A stretch of DNA of 64,000 nt from a virus (IMGVR_UViG_3300013121_000005:32001-96000), one strand, 5' to 3'. Shown: positions 6,467 through 16,703, numbered from the stretch's first letter. Numbers and translations are program-made. Notes: generated by a model from the sequence alone, not told the origin.

Positions 6467-6979
6467 ATGAGGGTTACAGGTTACGCCATTCGGGAGGCAA
6501 TTAAGCAGTGGGAGCTACGTAGGGATACGGCGGCGAGGGCTTTTGATGGCTCCCTGAAGGTATTTGATGAGGAGAGGGGGACTAAGGAGTCTCCTGATCA
6601 AATCATCCAAGCCTTTCTCAAGGCTGAGTTGGCCATTTCTAAGCTTCAGGTCGCTCAAGCGAGGTACAATCTTTGGGTGCTCGTTGACACCCCTGAGCGC
6701 ATGATGAGCCTTTCTCAGGCCATCAAGATGGTAGGGGGGGTAGCTAGGGCGGAAAAGATGTGGCGTTCGGCTACGGGTCCAAAGAAGGAACGTTACGGTT
6801 ACAGTGACGACGAGAGGGACCCGAACAAGATTGTGGCCAAGCCAACAATTACGGTCGCGCATGCTGTGGCCCAGGCCACTCTCCTGGGTAAGCGGGCAGG
6901 TAGCTTTCGAGCAGCTATCGCTGTTGCCAATGCTAAGGAGCTTGAAATCGAAGACTTGGATGAGACACTCTTTGAGTAG
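6467..6979 (+). CDS. Helical-hairpin protein, possibly DIP1984-like
   Basis: GAGG RBS; coiled-coil pattern L.KLQVAQARYN...MSLSQAIK...IAVANA. Confidence 0.6.
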   Translation: MRVTGYAIREAIKQWELRRDTAARAFDGSLKVFDEERGTKESPDQIIQAFLKAELAISKLQVAQARYNLWVLVDTPERMMSLSQAIKMVGGVARAEKMWRSATGPKKERYGYSDDERDPNKIVAKPTITVAHAVAQATLLGKRAGSFRAAIAVANAKELEIEDLDETLFE

Positions 6980-7271
6980 TCTCATTTGAGAGCCCTGAAA
7001 GGGGCTTGGTGAAGAGGACTTCCTAAGTTAGTGGTGAGTGCCACTGGAACGGATCCAAAATTCAGCCGAAGCTTCCTAAGTTCATCTAACGTCTTTTCTT
7101 GGTGTGTTTGCACTGGGCTGGCGGGAGAAATAAGCTATCGCTTGAATGGTAACCTTTTCTTGCTCCTGTTTCCTCTTCATCTGGGCCTGTCTGCTCTCTC
7201 GGGTAGACAGGCCCGCCTAATTTTAACGTTGTGTACCTAACCCTAGAGGTGTATTGTTTGAGTGTGTGTTT

Positions 7272-7614
7272 GGGGCTGCCAGGTTTCGACACAGGAAGGA
7301 AGGTAAAATCTGCGTGCGAGCGGCCCTCGATCCGCTCTGACCAATCGAGGCGAATACGACTGCCAACGATAACGGCACTGCTTTCGCGGCTGCGGCCTGA
7401 AAGCCGATCTCTAGCTGGGTCGTCCTAGCGGCGAAGAGATCGTCACCCACCAGGGCTGGCTGAACCTCCGGGTTTCCGGGAGATAGGCGAGTTCAACAGG
7501 AAAACTAGGTCTCGGCCGAATCCGAGAGCCCAGCCGACGGGGTTACTTCGGCTACGCACGTAGAAGATTTTCCCAGATGTCTTGTGGACAGGGGTTCGAT
7601 TCCCCTCAGCTCCA
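7272..7614 (+). ncRNA. ssrA: tmRNA, tag peptide ANDNGTAFAAAA (7362-7400)
   Basis: 5' GGGGCTG..GGTTTCGAC, 3' GGACAGGGGTTCGATTCCCCTCAGCTCCA with G3:U70, typical resume codon and Ala-rich tag. Confidence 0.95.
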
Positions 7615-7631
7615 CCCCTTGAAAGAGTAGT

Positions 7632-7865
7632 ATGAAAACGTTGGGCTCATTTTCCCCTCCTGCGGATGGGGTTCAGGCATTCGCGATCAACCCCAGCATT
7701 TTCCAGGCGTATGCGATCTGGAAAAAAAAGGCTAAGGTGGAAGTTCTCCATCGAGAGGTGGTTTTAGGCCAGGGGGGTACTGGGGCCCTTCTTGTGTGGT
7801 ATCGGGTTAGGCCGAAGAAACGTGGTAGGTCGAAAAGTTCGCTAGAGGAACCGTCTGTTAGTTGA
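7632..7865 (+). CDS. Hypothetical protein
   Basis: ORF following tmRNA. Confidence 0.5.
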   Translation: MKTLGSFSPPADGVQAFAINPSIFQAYAIWKKKAKVEVLHREVVLGQGGTGALLVWYRVRPKKRGRSKSSLEEPSVS

Positions 7866-7938
7866 GAAAACCTACTCTGTACGTTGATTTGGTTGGGCAT
7901 GATGTGCCCAACATGTGTAGGAGAAGGCGAAGGTAGTC

Positions 7939-8496
7939 ATGGAGAGGGCGTTACTTTTGAACTCGTGGGGTCTTCCTCACGCAGTTCTTAACTGGGATGA
8001 AGCGATTTGTCTTGTATACCAAGACAAAGCTCTTGTACTAGAGGAGTACGATGAGACGGTGAGTTCCCCGTCTACGACTTACTTCATCCCAGCCGTACTT
8101 CAACTCAGGGAGCCGGTCCGAGGGTTCAAAAAGGGCGTAAAGTTCTCCCGTATCAACGTCTTCACCCGGGATGGGTTTCGGTGTCAGTACTGTGGGGTGC
8201 GTCGTATGATGCGTGAGCTGAACTACGACCACGTGCTCCCCAGGCGGCAGGGCGGTAAGACTAACTGGGAGAACATCGTGACTTGCTGCTACCCGTGCAA
8301 CGACCGTAAGGGTGGTCGCACGCCGGAGCAGGCAGGGATGACGTTGCTCCGCAGCCCGGGGAAGCCTCATTCTCTTCCTCTACACCCGGTCTTTATCCCA
8401 GCAAAGGGGATTCCTCCCGTTTGGGAGGCATACCTGGATCTGTCAAAGGCTCTTCCACATGGGGAGGGGTACTACCTGGTTGGGGTTTCGGCTTAG
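7939..8496 (+). CDS. HNH endonuclease (McrA-like)
   Basis: RDGFRCQYCG, DHVLPR..GG, WENIVTCC..CN.RKG. Confidence 0.93.
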   Translation: MERALLLNSWGLPHAVLNWDEAICLVYQDKALVLEEYDETVSSPSTTYFIPAVLQLREPVRGFKKGVKFSRINVFTRDGFRCQYCGVRRMMRELNYDHVLPRRQGGKTNWENIVTCCYPCNDRKGGRTPEQAGMTLLRSPGKPHSLPLHPVFIPAKGIPPVWEAYLDLSKALPHGEGYYLVGVSA

Positions 8497-8518
8497 CTAG
8501 TAGGCTGTAGCTCCCAGG

Positions 8519-8553
8519 AAACGGGGTCTCCTTTACGGGGTCCCCGTTTTTTT
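8519..8553 (+). terminator. Intrinsic terminator
   Basis: AACGGGG...CCCCGTT stem followed by T-run. Confidence 0.75.
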
Positions 8554-8739
8554 GTCCCAAAGGTTTTGTGTTGTGGTGTAGACTCTATTGGGAACCGCGC
8601 TTAGGCTTGGGTTCTTTTTCGACGAGCCGCACCTTTGGGTTTGGGCGTAGTCGCGGACGTATTTGGAAACGTTGAGGGATTTGAGAGATTTGTCCATCTC
8701 TGCATCCCTAACTCAGACCCCACGTTCACGGTGAAAGCT

Positions 8740-10197
8740 ATGGAAATCAAACCCAAGTTTACGTTCGAGTCCGTCCGTTGTGACCAGAGCAATGACCTTC
8801 ATTTGGTTGTTGAGCTTACGGCCCCTAAGAGCGACTGGCAGGTCAATCGTCCGCCGCTCTGTATTGTTCCAGTTCTCGATATTTCTGGTTCGATGGCAGG
8901 TCCGAAGCTCGCCTACGCAAAGCAGTCAATTCTTAAGCTGATTGAGCACCTGTCGTCGGACGACTACTTCGGGATCGTCAGTTTCTCGTCTGCTGCCCGG
9001 GTCGATGCTGTCCCACGGAAGATGACTCCTGAGGTAAAGGAGTCGTTGAGGGTCCTAGTTAACAATTTTCAGACAGAGGGTGCGACCAACTTCTCTGGGG
9101 GGATGCTCCTTGGGCTCAAGACCGCTAATGAGATGGACCTCCCCGAGTCTACCATCGTTCGGGTCATCACGTTTACGGATGGTCAGCCGACCCATGGGGT
9201 GACTGATCCTAAGGGCCTTTGTGACCTCTTGGAAAAGCAGGTAGGGCGAGCGAGTGTTTCTGCCTTTGGTTACGGTTCGGACGCTAACCAAACTCTCTTG
9301 AGTGACTTGGCAACCAAGGGCAAAGGTAACTATGCCTTCGTGCAAGAGCCTGATGCAGCTCTTGCCGCTTTCGGTAAGGAATTGGGGGGTCTTCTGAGCA
9401 TGTATGCTCAGAATATTCGCGTCGACCTGACACCTCGTAATGGGCACCAGATCATGGAGGTCCTTACGGATGCTGATGTGGAGGAGGAGACTACTGGGGA
9501 GGTCGAGGTTAGGCTTCCGCAGATTCTTAGTGAGGAAACTACTAATGTCGTTGTTGCGGTGAGGCTTAGCGAGCAGAAGCAAGCAGGTCCTCGTCAGGTC
9601 AATGTGATTGACGTGAAGCTCCGCTACCAGGTCATCGATCAGGATGGGAAGCTCACGGAGAAGACTGTGGAGACCAAGGCGAAGGTCCAATTCGTCAAGG
9701 CTGGTGACGAGCAGAAGACCCCCACCAAGGAGGTTGACGAGATCGTTGCCAGGGCTCAGCTCGTGAAGGTGCAGATTGAAGCGGAGGCCCAGGCTAAGCA
9801 GGGTAACTTCTCCGCAGTCACTGAGGCTTTCAATGGATTTAAAGCCTCAGTTAAGACTCGTGGTCTGGGCCTATTGGCTGAGATTGCAAACCACGTTGGG
9901 GGGTACTACCAACCTCAACAGTATGCAGGGTCTGCTGGTAATCGGGTAGGGCTCCGTCGGGCTATGACTCGTGGAGTAGGTACTTCAGGTCTAGCCCTAG
10001 AAGATCAGGTTGTTCTTAGCTCCTGTAGTTTTTCGCTTGCCAATGAAGCTCAGGAAATGACTTCTCAAGCATTTTCTGCCGCTGGGGCTCCTCCAGTAGC
10101 TCCTCCTCCAGTGGAGGGTCCTGTAACAGGGGCATCGACTCCTCCCGTTGTTTTGGGGAGGAACTTGAGCAAGCGTAGGAGTTCTCGTTGGGCTTAG
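8740..10197 (+). CDS. von Willebrand factor A (YfbK-like) domain protein
   Basis: MIDAS DISGSM, GATNF, FTDGQ, GKGNYAFV. Confidence 0.9.
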   Translation: MEIKPKFTFESVRCDQSNDLHLVVELTAPKSDWQVNRPPLCIVPVLDISGSMAGPKLAYAKQSILKLIEHLSSDDYFGIVSFSSAARVDAVPRKMTPEVKESLRVLVNNFQTEGATNFSGGMLLGLKTANEMDLPESTIVRVITFTDGQPTHGVTDPKGLCDLLEKQVGRASVSAFGYGSDANQTLLSDLATKGKGNYAFVQEPDAALAAFGKELGGLLSMYAQNIRVDLTPRNGHQIMEVLTDADVEEETTGEVEVRLPQILSEETTNVVVAVRLSEQKQAGPRQVNVIDVKLRYQVIDQDGKLTEKTVETKAKVQFVKAGDEQKTPTKEVDEIVARAQLVKVQIEAEAQAKQGNFSAVTEAFNGFKASVKTRGLGLLAEIANHVGGYYQPQQYAGSAGNRVGLRRAMTRGVGTSGLALEDQVVLSSCSFSLANEAQEMTSQAFSAAGAPPVAPPPVEGPVTGASTPPVVLGRNLSKRRSSRWA

Positions 10198-10313
10198 TGT
10201 CTCCGGACGTCGAGGACCGCTAGGGGTTTTTTATCCACGTGGGGGGTGTGTGCCAGGGTGTGCACACACCCCCACACAGTTTGATCGTAAGCCCGTTCGT
10301 AGGGGGCTAGCCT

Positions 10314-11072
10314 ATGTCGTATCCTATCTTAGGTAACATTGAAGCTACCTCCTTCTACGTTCGCTATCGAGAAGAGTTTCCCGACGGTGAATTGTGCGAT
10401 TATGCTCGTAGGGGCATGTGGACGCATGGAGTAGAAACGAGACCATTCTACTGGGCCGATGACCTTACTGAGAAGGTAGACCTAAGTCCGACAGTAGGGG
10501 TCGCTGGGTTCATTGGGGATGTCCACGCAGGGTTAAGGGCTATGGGTAGGACTCCACCTGAAAATGTGGACTACCCAGAGGAACTTCAACCCTACTTAGG
10601 TCGTACGCTTGGTACGGCAACCATGGTTGAAGTTCGCTCCAGTATCGAGCCTATCTTCATCAAGCCAAAGGAGCACAAGCTCTTTACAGGTCTGCTTTGG
10701 ATTGGAGATGTGGAGTCTAGAGCCAGGACCGTAACCGTGCCCGATGACACTCTGCTTTGGACGTCAACTCCAGTGCAGTTTGTAGCTGAGTACCGAGCGT
10801 TTATCCTGCAAGGGCATATTCTAGATGTTCGCCTGTATCGTGGGGATTGGTCGAAATCCCCTGACAGATTCATTATCGAGCAAGCTACAGCCGTACACCA
10901 AGAAGCTGGGGCCCCAATCGCCTATTGTTGCGACTGGGGGGTAACCGCTGACGGGCTAACCTTGCTTGTCGAGCGCAACGAGGGGTACTCCTTTGGGCAC
11001 TACGGCCTTAAGCCAGCGGATTATGCTCGAATGTTATCGGCACGCTGGTTCGAGATGGCAGGGGGTATCTGA
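10314..11072 (+). CDS. ATP-grasp domain protein (DUF4343/R2K-like)
   Basis: DYPEEL..YLGR, FIKP, EYRAFI, D.G...LLVERN..SFGHYG. Confidence 0.8.
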   Translation: MSYPILGNIEATSFYVRYREEFPDGELCDYARRGMWTHGVETRPFYWADDLTEKVDLSPTVGVAGFIGDVHAGLRAMGRTPPENVDYPEELQPYLGRTLGTATMVEVRSSIEPIFIKPKEHKLFTGLLWIGDVESRARTVTVPDDTLLWTSTPVQFVAEYRAFILQGHILDVRLYRGDWSKSPDRFIIEQATAVHQEAGAPIAYCCDWGVTADGLTLLVERNEGYSFGHYGLKPADYARMLSARWFEMAGGI

Positions 11073-11165
11073 TGAACGTGTACGTGGATGGACTCCACCC
11101 CCAACTAGCAGTCCTAAAATGTCCCTGCCGTAAGCTGTTTGCGGTGTAGGATTGGATTACTCCCT

Positions 11166-11747
11166 ATGATGGTTGACCACTACGAAGTTTACGTCAGCAC
11201 TGACATCGAAACGGACGGCCCCATTCCGGGACCGAATTCGATGCTCTCCTTTGGATCAGCCGCCTTCACATTGAATGCGGGTAAGGTTGGCACCTTCTCG
11301 GCGAACCTGGAGACCCTCCCTGGGGCGTCCATGGACCCCATCACGAAGACGGAGTTCTGGGACAAAAACCCGGAAGCTTGGGCGGCTTGCCGCACGGACT
11401 TGAAACCCATCGAGCCGACCATGAGGGCCTACGTCGAGTGGGTTCGTCGTCTGCCGGGACGGCCAGTGTTCGTGGGCTATCCGGCCACCTTCGACTTCAT
11501 GTTCGTGTACTGGTACATCCGGAAGCACGGCCTCGAAAGCCCCTTCAGCTTCTCGGCGCTCGACATCAAGAGCTACGTGATGAGCTACTTGGGCACGACC
11601 TTCCGGGACAGCACCAAGCGGAACATGCCCAAGAAGTGGTTTCCTGCAAGTCGTCACACCCACATCGCCCTCGACGATGCTATCGAGCAGGGCGAGCTGT
11701 TCATGAACATTTTGCGAGAAAGGCGAGAAAGATTATTTAGCGGTTGA
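11166..11747 (+). CDS. DEDDh 3'-5' exo(ribo)nuclease
   Basis: DIETDG, FD, H.ALDDA motifs. Confidence 0.88.
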   Translation: MMVDHYEVYVSTDIETDGPIPGPNSMLSFGSAAFTLNAGKVGTFSANLETLPGASMDPITKTEFWDKNPEAWAACRTDLKPIEPTMRAYVEWVRRLPGRPVFVGYPATFDFMFVYWYIRKHGLESPFSFSALDIKSYVMSYLGTTFRDSTKRNMPKKWFPASRHTHIALDDAIEQGELFMNILRERRERLFSG

Positions 11748-11788
11748 CATTCTTTCCTAAGTGGCGTAGGGGTTATGTGTAGTATATT

Positions 11789-11876
11789 GGAAGGCAAACC
11801 GGCCAGGGGTCGGCACCGTTTTGAAAACGGATGGGCGCTGAAAGGCGTTGGGGTTCGAGACCTCTGTCTTCCGCCA
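11789..11876 (+). tRNA. tRNA-Ser(TGA)
   Basis: GGAAGGC/GTCTTCC-GCCA, loop TTTGAAA, long variable arm. Confidence 0.9.
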
Positions 11877-11899
11877 AAGGGTGTAAGGTTTGAGTCGTT

Positions 11900-12286
11900 G
11901 TGCCTATCCCGATTGAAGCCCACACCTGGGACCAGGAGAGACTCTTACAAGAGATCGCTGTTCGTCTTCCAAAAGGTTGGGGGATTGAATTTGGGCAGGA
12001 CCCGGATTCTTTCCTATGGTGCGTCTCTCTTCTCAAAGAGGACCGTTCTCTTGTTTGGGAATCGGAAGAGGTAGCCCCTAACCTTGTTCTCCTCAATGCC
12101 CTTGGTTGGGTTGAGCTGCGAGCCGCGAGATCGGAGCGAGTGCCCTCCCCATGGGCACCTAGAGTTGCGGAGATAGACCCTCGGAAGCTTCACGAGGTGG
12201 TTTTCCGATTGCAGTCTGAGGACCCTCCGGATCTTGACCCGGGGGAGGTTGACTTGATATACTCTCGGTTTCCACGAAAAAGGTAA
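11900..12286 (+). CDS. Hypothetical protein
   Basis: ORF upstream of groEL. Confidence 0.65.
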   Translation: MPIPIEAHTWDQERLLQEIAVRLPKGWGIEFGQDPDSFLWCVSLLKEDRSLVWESEEVAPNLVLLNALGWVELRAARSERVPSPWAPRVAEIDPRKLHEVVFRLQSEDPPDLDPGEVDLIYSRFPRKR

Positions 12287-12295
12287 GGCAGGCAC

Positions 12296-13927
12296 ATGGC
12301 TATCAAACAAGGGACTGATATCCGGTCGAAGCTCCAAGCTGGCGTTGGTAAGCTTGCAGATGCTGTAACCATAACGCTCGGCCCTCGGGGTCGTAACGTC
12401 TGCATTGAAAAGGCTTTTGGGGCGCCCCTCATCACCAAAGATGGAGTGAGTGTCGCTAAGGAAATTGAGTTGTCCGACCCTTGGGAGAACATGGGTGCAC
12501 GGCTGGTTCGAGAGGTTTCCTCAAAGACTTCTGACAATGCTGGGGATGGTACAACAACCGCGACAGTTCTTTCGCGGAGTATGTTTGACCAAGGTATGAA
12601 GTTCATCTCTGCTGGTTACGCCCCAGTCCAACTTAAGCGAGGGATGGACAAGGCGTGTAGGCTTTTGGAGGAGGCAATCGTTGATCAGTCGCTTCCAGTT
12701 AGGACTCAAGAGGATATTGCGGGGGTGGCTACCATCAGTGCTAATGGGGATGAGGAGATTGGGAGGATCATAGCTGAAGCGGTAGCGAAGGTGGGTAAGG
12801 ATGGGATCGTTAATATCGAGGAGGGTAAAACAACCTCCATCTCGATAGAAGCCTCTGATGGTATGCAGATTGAGCGGGGCTGGCTCAGCCCCGCATTCAA
12901 GATGGACTCTGCAACCTACTCTTCTACGCTGGATAACCCCTATGTCTTCGTTACCGATATGGTGATTAGTGACATCAGGCCATTCCTTCCTGTCTTGGAG
13001 AAGTTCGTTGAGTGGGGTCGACCGGTACTTTGGGTTGCTGCTGACTTCGAGGGGGAAGCTCTAGCCGTTCTGTGCAAGAATTTCGGAGCAAAGACGCTAA
13101 TTTCGCAGCTAGTCAAAGCCCCGTCTTTTGGGCATCAGCAGACGGAGGTGCTCAAGGACCTTGCAGTGCTGACAGGGGCAACCTTCTTGTCCAAGGAGAT
13201 GGGGGCAACCTTTGAGAGTGTGGACATCTTGATGTTCGGTTCAGCTCGTTTGGTTACGGTTACGGATCGAACGACTACCATTGTGGATGGGGCTGGTTCG
13301 GAAGACAGTCTGACCGCACGTATCTCGCAAATTAAAGCGGAGATTGAACGTACTGGCAGTGAGTTCGATCGAGAGCGTCTTCAAGAGCGGCTAGGTAAGC
13401 TGCTGGGGGGAGTATGCTCGATTAAAGTGGGAGCCCCTACAGAATTGGCTCTCAAAGAGATCAAGGCCAGGATGGAAGATGCTCTGTATGCGACCAGAGC
13501 AGCTATTGACGAGGGGGTGGTACCTGGAGGGGGTATGTGTCTCGTGCGGGCGTCTTGGGCTGTTCGGGATCGTTGGAAGAGGCTACAGCAGCTCCCCCTC
13601 TTGGAAACTCCTGACGAGGAAGTGGGGTTCGGTATTGTTTTGGATGCTTGTAGGGCACCATTTGATGCCATCCTGAGTAATGCCGGAGTGAAGAACCCTG
13701 ATAGGTACTTGGATAGGTTGGCTGAGGATGATGCAGAGTTCAGTGGGGTTGATGCTCGGTTGTTGGAGATTGTAGACCTCAAAGAGGCTGGTATTTTGGA
13801 CCCTACCAAGGTTGTTCGGACAGCTCTGTCAAATGCGGTTTCCTTGACTGGAACCCTCCTTACCACTGAGGTAGCTATCCGAAAGGTCCCTAGCCCTGGT
13901 CGCGACGAAGGGGTGGCCCGTGGCTGA
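12296..13927 (+). CDS. groEL: Chaperonin GroEL (phage-encoded)
   Basis: TLGPRGRNV, ITKDGVSVA, GDGTTTATV, GVVPGGG, ILDPTKV. Confidence 0.97.
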   Translation: MAIKQGTDIRSKLQAGVGKLADAVTITLGPRGRNVCIEKAFGAPLITKDGVSVAKEIELSDPWENMGARLVREVSSKTSDNAGDGTTTATVLSRSMFDQGMKFISAGYAPVQLKRGMDKACRLLEEAIVDQSLPVRTQEDIAGVATISANGDEEIGRIIAEAVAKVGKDGIVNIEEGKTTSISIEASDGMQIERGWLSPAFKMDSATYSSTLDNPYVFVTDMVISDIRPFLPVLEKFVEWGRPVLWVAADFEGEALAVLCKNFGAKTLISQLVKAPSFGHQQTEVLKDLAVLTGATFLSKEMGATFESVDILMFGSARLVTVTDRTTTIVDGAGSEDSLTARISQIKAEIERTGSEFDRERLQERLGKLLGGVCSIKVGAPTELALKEIKARMEDALYATRAAIDEGVVPGGGMCLVRASWAVRDRWKRLQQLPLLETPDEEVGFGIVLDACRAPFDAILSNAGVKNPDRYLDRLAEDDAEFSGVDARLLEIVDLKEAGILDPTKVVRTALSNAVSLTGTLLTTEVAIRKVPSPGRDEGVARG

Positions 13928-14105
13928 TTTGGTGAGCGGCTACCGAGCACGCCCGCACGATGGCGCGGCTGGGCCTTGGCTCTACGTCGAGGCCCTCTTT
14001 GAGTTGGAAGACTACTACTCCGAGCACGGCTGCACACTTGTGGTCGAGCGCTTCGATATGCCGCGCGACGAATACGAGAAGCTAGGAGACTTCGATGGCT
14101 GGTAG
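13920..14105 (+). CDS. Small acidic hypothetical protein
   Basis: Overlaps groEL stop; C/G3 codon bias. Confidence 0.55.
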   Translation: MADLVSGYRARPHDGAAGPWLYVEALFELEDYYSEHGCTLVVERFDMPRDEYEKLGDFDGW

Positions 14106-14178
14106 CTTCGACTGAGGGAGAGTGGGTCGTGAGCGAGAGGTGGTAGCGCGGTGAAGTAGTTATCTTTTTGGTTGTGTC

Positions 14179-14571
14179 GTGGACAACCGAATGCAAGCTA
14201 CTTACGGGGTTCGGCCTCATCGACTCACTAAGAATGAGATCCCTGCTCTCACCAGAGCTATCCTGGCATTCCAGAGGCGTCAGGCTTCTGTAGGTAAGTA
14301 TGTGCTACAGGGGACCGCTTGCATTCGGATCTACAATGAGGCTGGTATCAATGTGATGGTCCGGGCAGACGATTGGGCCAAGATCGTTCCTTATCTTAGG
14401 GACGGTACGTTTAATCCGAATGTCGTCCCAGTACCTAGTCCGTCAGTTATGCACCCAAACCAGTATAGAGATGTGTCGGTTTTGGATCAGAATGAGCCTG
14501 AGTTGTACCTCAGGATCTACGCAGTTCTGCTGAGATTGTTTCCGATAGAGTTCCCAGTCTCCAACTTGTAG
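14179..14571 (+). CDS. Hypothetical protein
   Basis: ORF. Confidence 0.6.
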   Translation: MDNRMQATYGVRPHRLTKNEIPALTRAILAFQRRQASVGKYVLQGTACIRIYNEAGINVMVRADDWAKIVPYLRDGTFNPNVVPVPSPSVMHPNQYRDVSVLDQNEPELYLRIYAVLLRLFPIEFPVSNL

Positions 14572-14585
14572 TGGAGGGAGTTACC

Positions 14586-14822
14586 ATGTCCGCTTTTGAC
14601 CCCAAAGGTACTTCTCCAGGTTTGACGCAAAGTGCACCGGAGCGACCAAAAGTCTTTCAAATGCGTTGTCGAAGAGATGGTTGTACCTCCGCACGGGCAG
14701 TCCAGATTCAGGCTGGTCCACGTGATGATGAGGCAGGGGTTGCGCCTTCCCAAAGGCTCTATCAGTGTGTGGAGTGCAAGAACACTTGGGCTATGGCCGT
14801 CGGAGGGGCAGTCTCTTTCTGA
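14586..14822 (+). CDS. Zn-ribbon protein
   Basis: GGAGG RBS; C-x4-C and YQCVEC..W, reminiscent of TFIIS-type ribbons. Confidence 0.65.
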   Translation: MSAFDPKGTSPGLTQSAPERPKVFQMRCRRDGCTSARAVQIQAGPRDDEAGVAPSQRLYQCVECKNTWAMAVGGAVSF

Positions 14823-14861
14823 TCTTCGATAGTCTCTTTTTTGAGCTGCTTTCTCAGCTCA

Positions 14862-15548
14862 ATGATAACCCTTCAAGACCTTCAGGCGTTCGAGGCAGAT
14901 ACCGCAGCAGTAGTCCCGGGGTTCCGGATAGCTTGGAAGAATGAGTCCACATTTCAGAAGCTTGTGGGGTTGTTCGCTAAGCCATTCAACCCAGATTACT
15001 GTACGAAGTACACAACGACTATAGGTTCGACAGTGTACTTCCCTTCCCGGCAGTTTTACGAGTTAGACCCTAGGCGCTCTTTTGCGATTTTGGCTCATGA
15101 GCGAGTCCATCTTCTCGACTCGAAGAAGCACCCTTTCTGGTTTCCAGTTTCCTATGCTTTCCCCCAGATTTTGTTTCTACCGTTAGTGGTTATGGGGGTT
15201 GTTCTGGCCTTCTTCGTAGGTTGGTGGTCGCTCTTGGCTTTTGGGTTGGCTCTTGTCACTCTTGGACCTTGGCCTGCTCCTGGGAGAGTCCATTGGGAGC
15301 AACGTGGCTATGCAATGTCCATGGCATGTGCTTTCTGGCTCTTTGGGGGCATTCTTTCCTTCCAGAAGGAGTCCATTCGCAAGCAGTTTCTCGGGTGGGC
15401 TTATTTCCGTATGAGTTGGCGTGAGGCGGCGGTTGATGACTGGCTAAGTCGAACCGAGAAGTCTATTCGTAGTGGTGTTTTGCCAGTAATAGACTCCACT
15501 TACGGGGATGTTCTTAAATTCCTTCGTGCCTCTGGGAATGTATCGTGA
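14862..15548 (+). CDS. Membrane-associated zincin-like protein
   Basis: HERVH (HExxH), hydrophobic segment, downstream E.RGY. Confidence 0.7.
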   Translation: MITLQDLQAFEADTAAVVPGFRIAWKNESTFQKLVGLFAKPFNPDYCTKYTTTIGSTVYFPSRQFYELDPRRSFAILAHERVHLLDSKKHPFWFPVSYAFPQILFLPLVVMGVVLAFFVGWWSLLAFGLALVTLGPWPAPGRVHWEQRGYAMSMACAFWLFGGILSFQKESIRKQFLGWAYFRMSWREAAVDDWLSRTEKSIRSGVLPVIDSTYGDVLKFLRASGNVS

Positions 15549-15766
15549 GTGGGTCCAATATTGGGTTGCTACGGTGTACCAGGTCCGGGTGTGTAGGCAT
15601 CTTGGGGTCTAGTGGCCAGGAGGTATACCGTATGGTCTGTGGGAATTGCGGGCAGAACTATTTTGTGGTGCTTCAGGTGACCCCAGTTGAGTCTGCTGAC
15701 CGTCGGTTAGAGGGAGGGGTTGACTTGCAGGAACCTCTTTCCCTTCCGGTGGGTCGTGTTGAGTGA
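15545..15766 (+). CDS. Small Zn-ribbon protein
   Basis: C-x4-C and CGNCG. Confidence 0.55.
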   Translation: MSGSNIGLLRCTRSGCVGILGSSGQEVYRMVCGNCGQNYFVVLQVTPVESADRRLEGGVDLQEPLSLPVGRVE

Positions 15767-16703
15767 TGTTGTAGGGCAAGAGGAGGGGGTTGCCTACTTA
15801 CGTCGCATTGTGGAGGGTCAGACCCAATCCCTTATTTTGGTAGGGGAAGAAGGGGTTGGGCGTAAGTTTGCGGTTACTCAGGCATTTAAGGAAATCGTTG
15901 TCCGGCAACGAGGTCTGGGTAGTTCCGAAACTACGCAGGTAGATCGCGGGGTTCATGCTGACTTTACCGTGGTCACAGCACCCGCAGAGAAAGAGATTGG
16001 GGTGGATGCGATTCGTGAGGCGGTGGCTCAAGCTCTTTCGTACCCCTCATCAGCACCCTGTCGATTCTTCGTAATCGACGGGGCGGACCGGCTAACTGAT
16101 GCTGCTGCGAATGCTCTTCTGAAGACGTTGGAGGAGCCTCCTGCACTTTCCCGCTTTTTTCTGCTGGCAGAATCCTATGCCCGTGTGCTCCCTACCATCC
16201 GATCGAGGTGCGGGAGAGTTCGATTTCGGAAGCTCCCTGAATTGTTCATCCTCGATAAGATTGCGAAATTTGAAGAGGACCGTGATAAAGCTCTTGTCTA
16301 CTCTCGTATGGGAGAAGGTTCGGTTGGGAGAGCTATCCAGTACTGGGGAGCAAACCGAATTAGCGTTAGAGACCAAGCTCTAGCTGTTTTGCGAGCTGGA
16401 GTTGCGGGGGATCTGTCAGGTTCGTTCGCTTCGATTGATTCTTTTGGGAAAGACCTACTCCCCTTAGGGGTTCGCTTTCTGTGCTTTCTGACTCACGACC
16501 TTTTAGTGAGTGGGGTTGACCCTCAACGAGCTATCAATCTGGATATTCTTGACGACCTAACTAACATGCGTGATCAAGCCCCCAGAAGTACTTGGTTTAA
16601 GCTCTGGAGAGAGCTGAAGGTTGTTTTGGGACGGTATGAGTCCGTCTACGTTAGTTTGGCGTTCCAGGCGAAGACAGCACTCGCATCGACCTTCTGCGAG
16701 TAG
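15756..16703 (+). CDS. holB: DNA polymerase III delta' subunit
   Basis: VVGQE, GEEGVGRK, AANALLKTLEEP, TIRSRC. Confidence 0.9.
   Translation: MLSDVVGQEEGVAYLRRIVEGQTQSLILVGEEGVGRKFAVTQAFKEIVVRQRGLGSSETTQVDRGVHADFTVVTAPAEKEIGVDAIREAVAQALSYPSSAPCRFFVIDGADRLTDAAANALLKTLEEPPALSRFFLLAESYARVLPTIRSRCGRVRFRKLPELFILDKIAKFEEDRDKALVYSRMGEGSVGRAIQYWGANRISVRDQALAVLRAGVAGDLSGSFASIDSFGKDLLPLGVRFLCFLTHDLLVSGVDPQRAINLDILDDLTNMRDQAPRSTWFKLWRELKVVLGRYESVYVSLAFQAKTALASTFCE

Noticed and set aside
7031-7450. Short ORFs over the tmRNA region
   Set aside because: They overlap structured RNA and show no protein features
8740-10197. Ro60/TROVE partner for the Y-like RNAs
   Set aside because: vWA domain is N-terminal and YfbK-like; no preceding TROVE helical ring
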